Of a stretch of 64,000 nucleotides of DNA, positions 63,971 to 64,000 are shown one piece after another. Origin of the DNA: Somniosus microcephalus (Eukaryota); assembly GCA_052327205.1 (NCBI GenBank), contig CM126207.1, forward strand, positions 51,088,001 to 51,152,000, in the 5' to 3' direction. The position numbers and the translations under genes were made by a program. Under the pieces are notes generated by a model that searched no databases, was not told the DNA's origin, and was given only the letters and a program-made list of their open reading frames with translations. Within the stretch, counting starts at the first letter, position 1, and each line of letters opens with the position of its first letter.

Positions 63971-64000
63971 GTTGGGGGAGTGGGCAGATATGTGACAAAG

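Noticed and set aside
51720-64000. Further DIS3L2 coding exons
   Set aside because: I could not find a recognisable cold-shock or RNB-domain exon; they probably lie beyond the window, which limits confidence in the DIS3L2 call.

Overview
Vertebrate genomic DNA, very likely a shark or other elasmobranch (HE1/V-SINE, DeuSINE-type SINEs, abundant CR1/L2). It holds the conserved syntenic block COPS7B (+, last four coding exons, 1404-7204), NPPC/CNP (-, complete 116-aa preprohormone in two coding exons, 24892-25818) and the probable 5' end of DIS3L2 (+, CpG-island first exon near 33.4 kb and an unusually large first coding exon at 50762-51687). Much of the rest is transposon-derived, often nested: CR1, L2, RTE, Rex1/Babar and Tx1 LINEs, Penelope-like elements with minimal hammerhead ribozyme motifs, a Harbinger remnant, MITEs, and a full-length Gypsy element with 181-bp LTRs. 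The most notable observations are a CNP-22 with Arg at the normally conserved ring position Leu9, a ~294-aa N-terminal extension on the putative DIS3L2, and an unexplained 88-nt hairpin upstream of NPPC. All calls come from reading the sequence; no searches were run, and transposon boundaries are approximate unless a TSD or terminal repeat is given.
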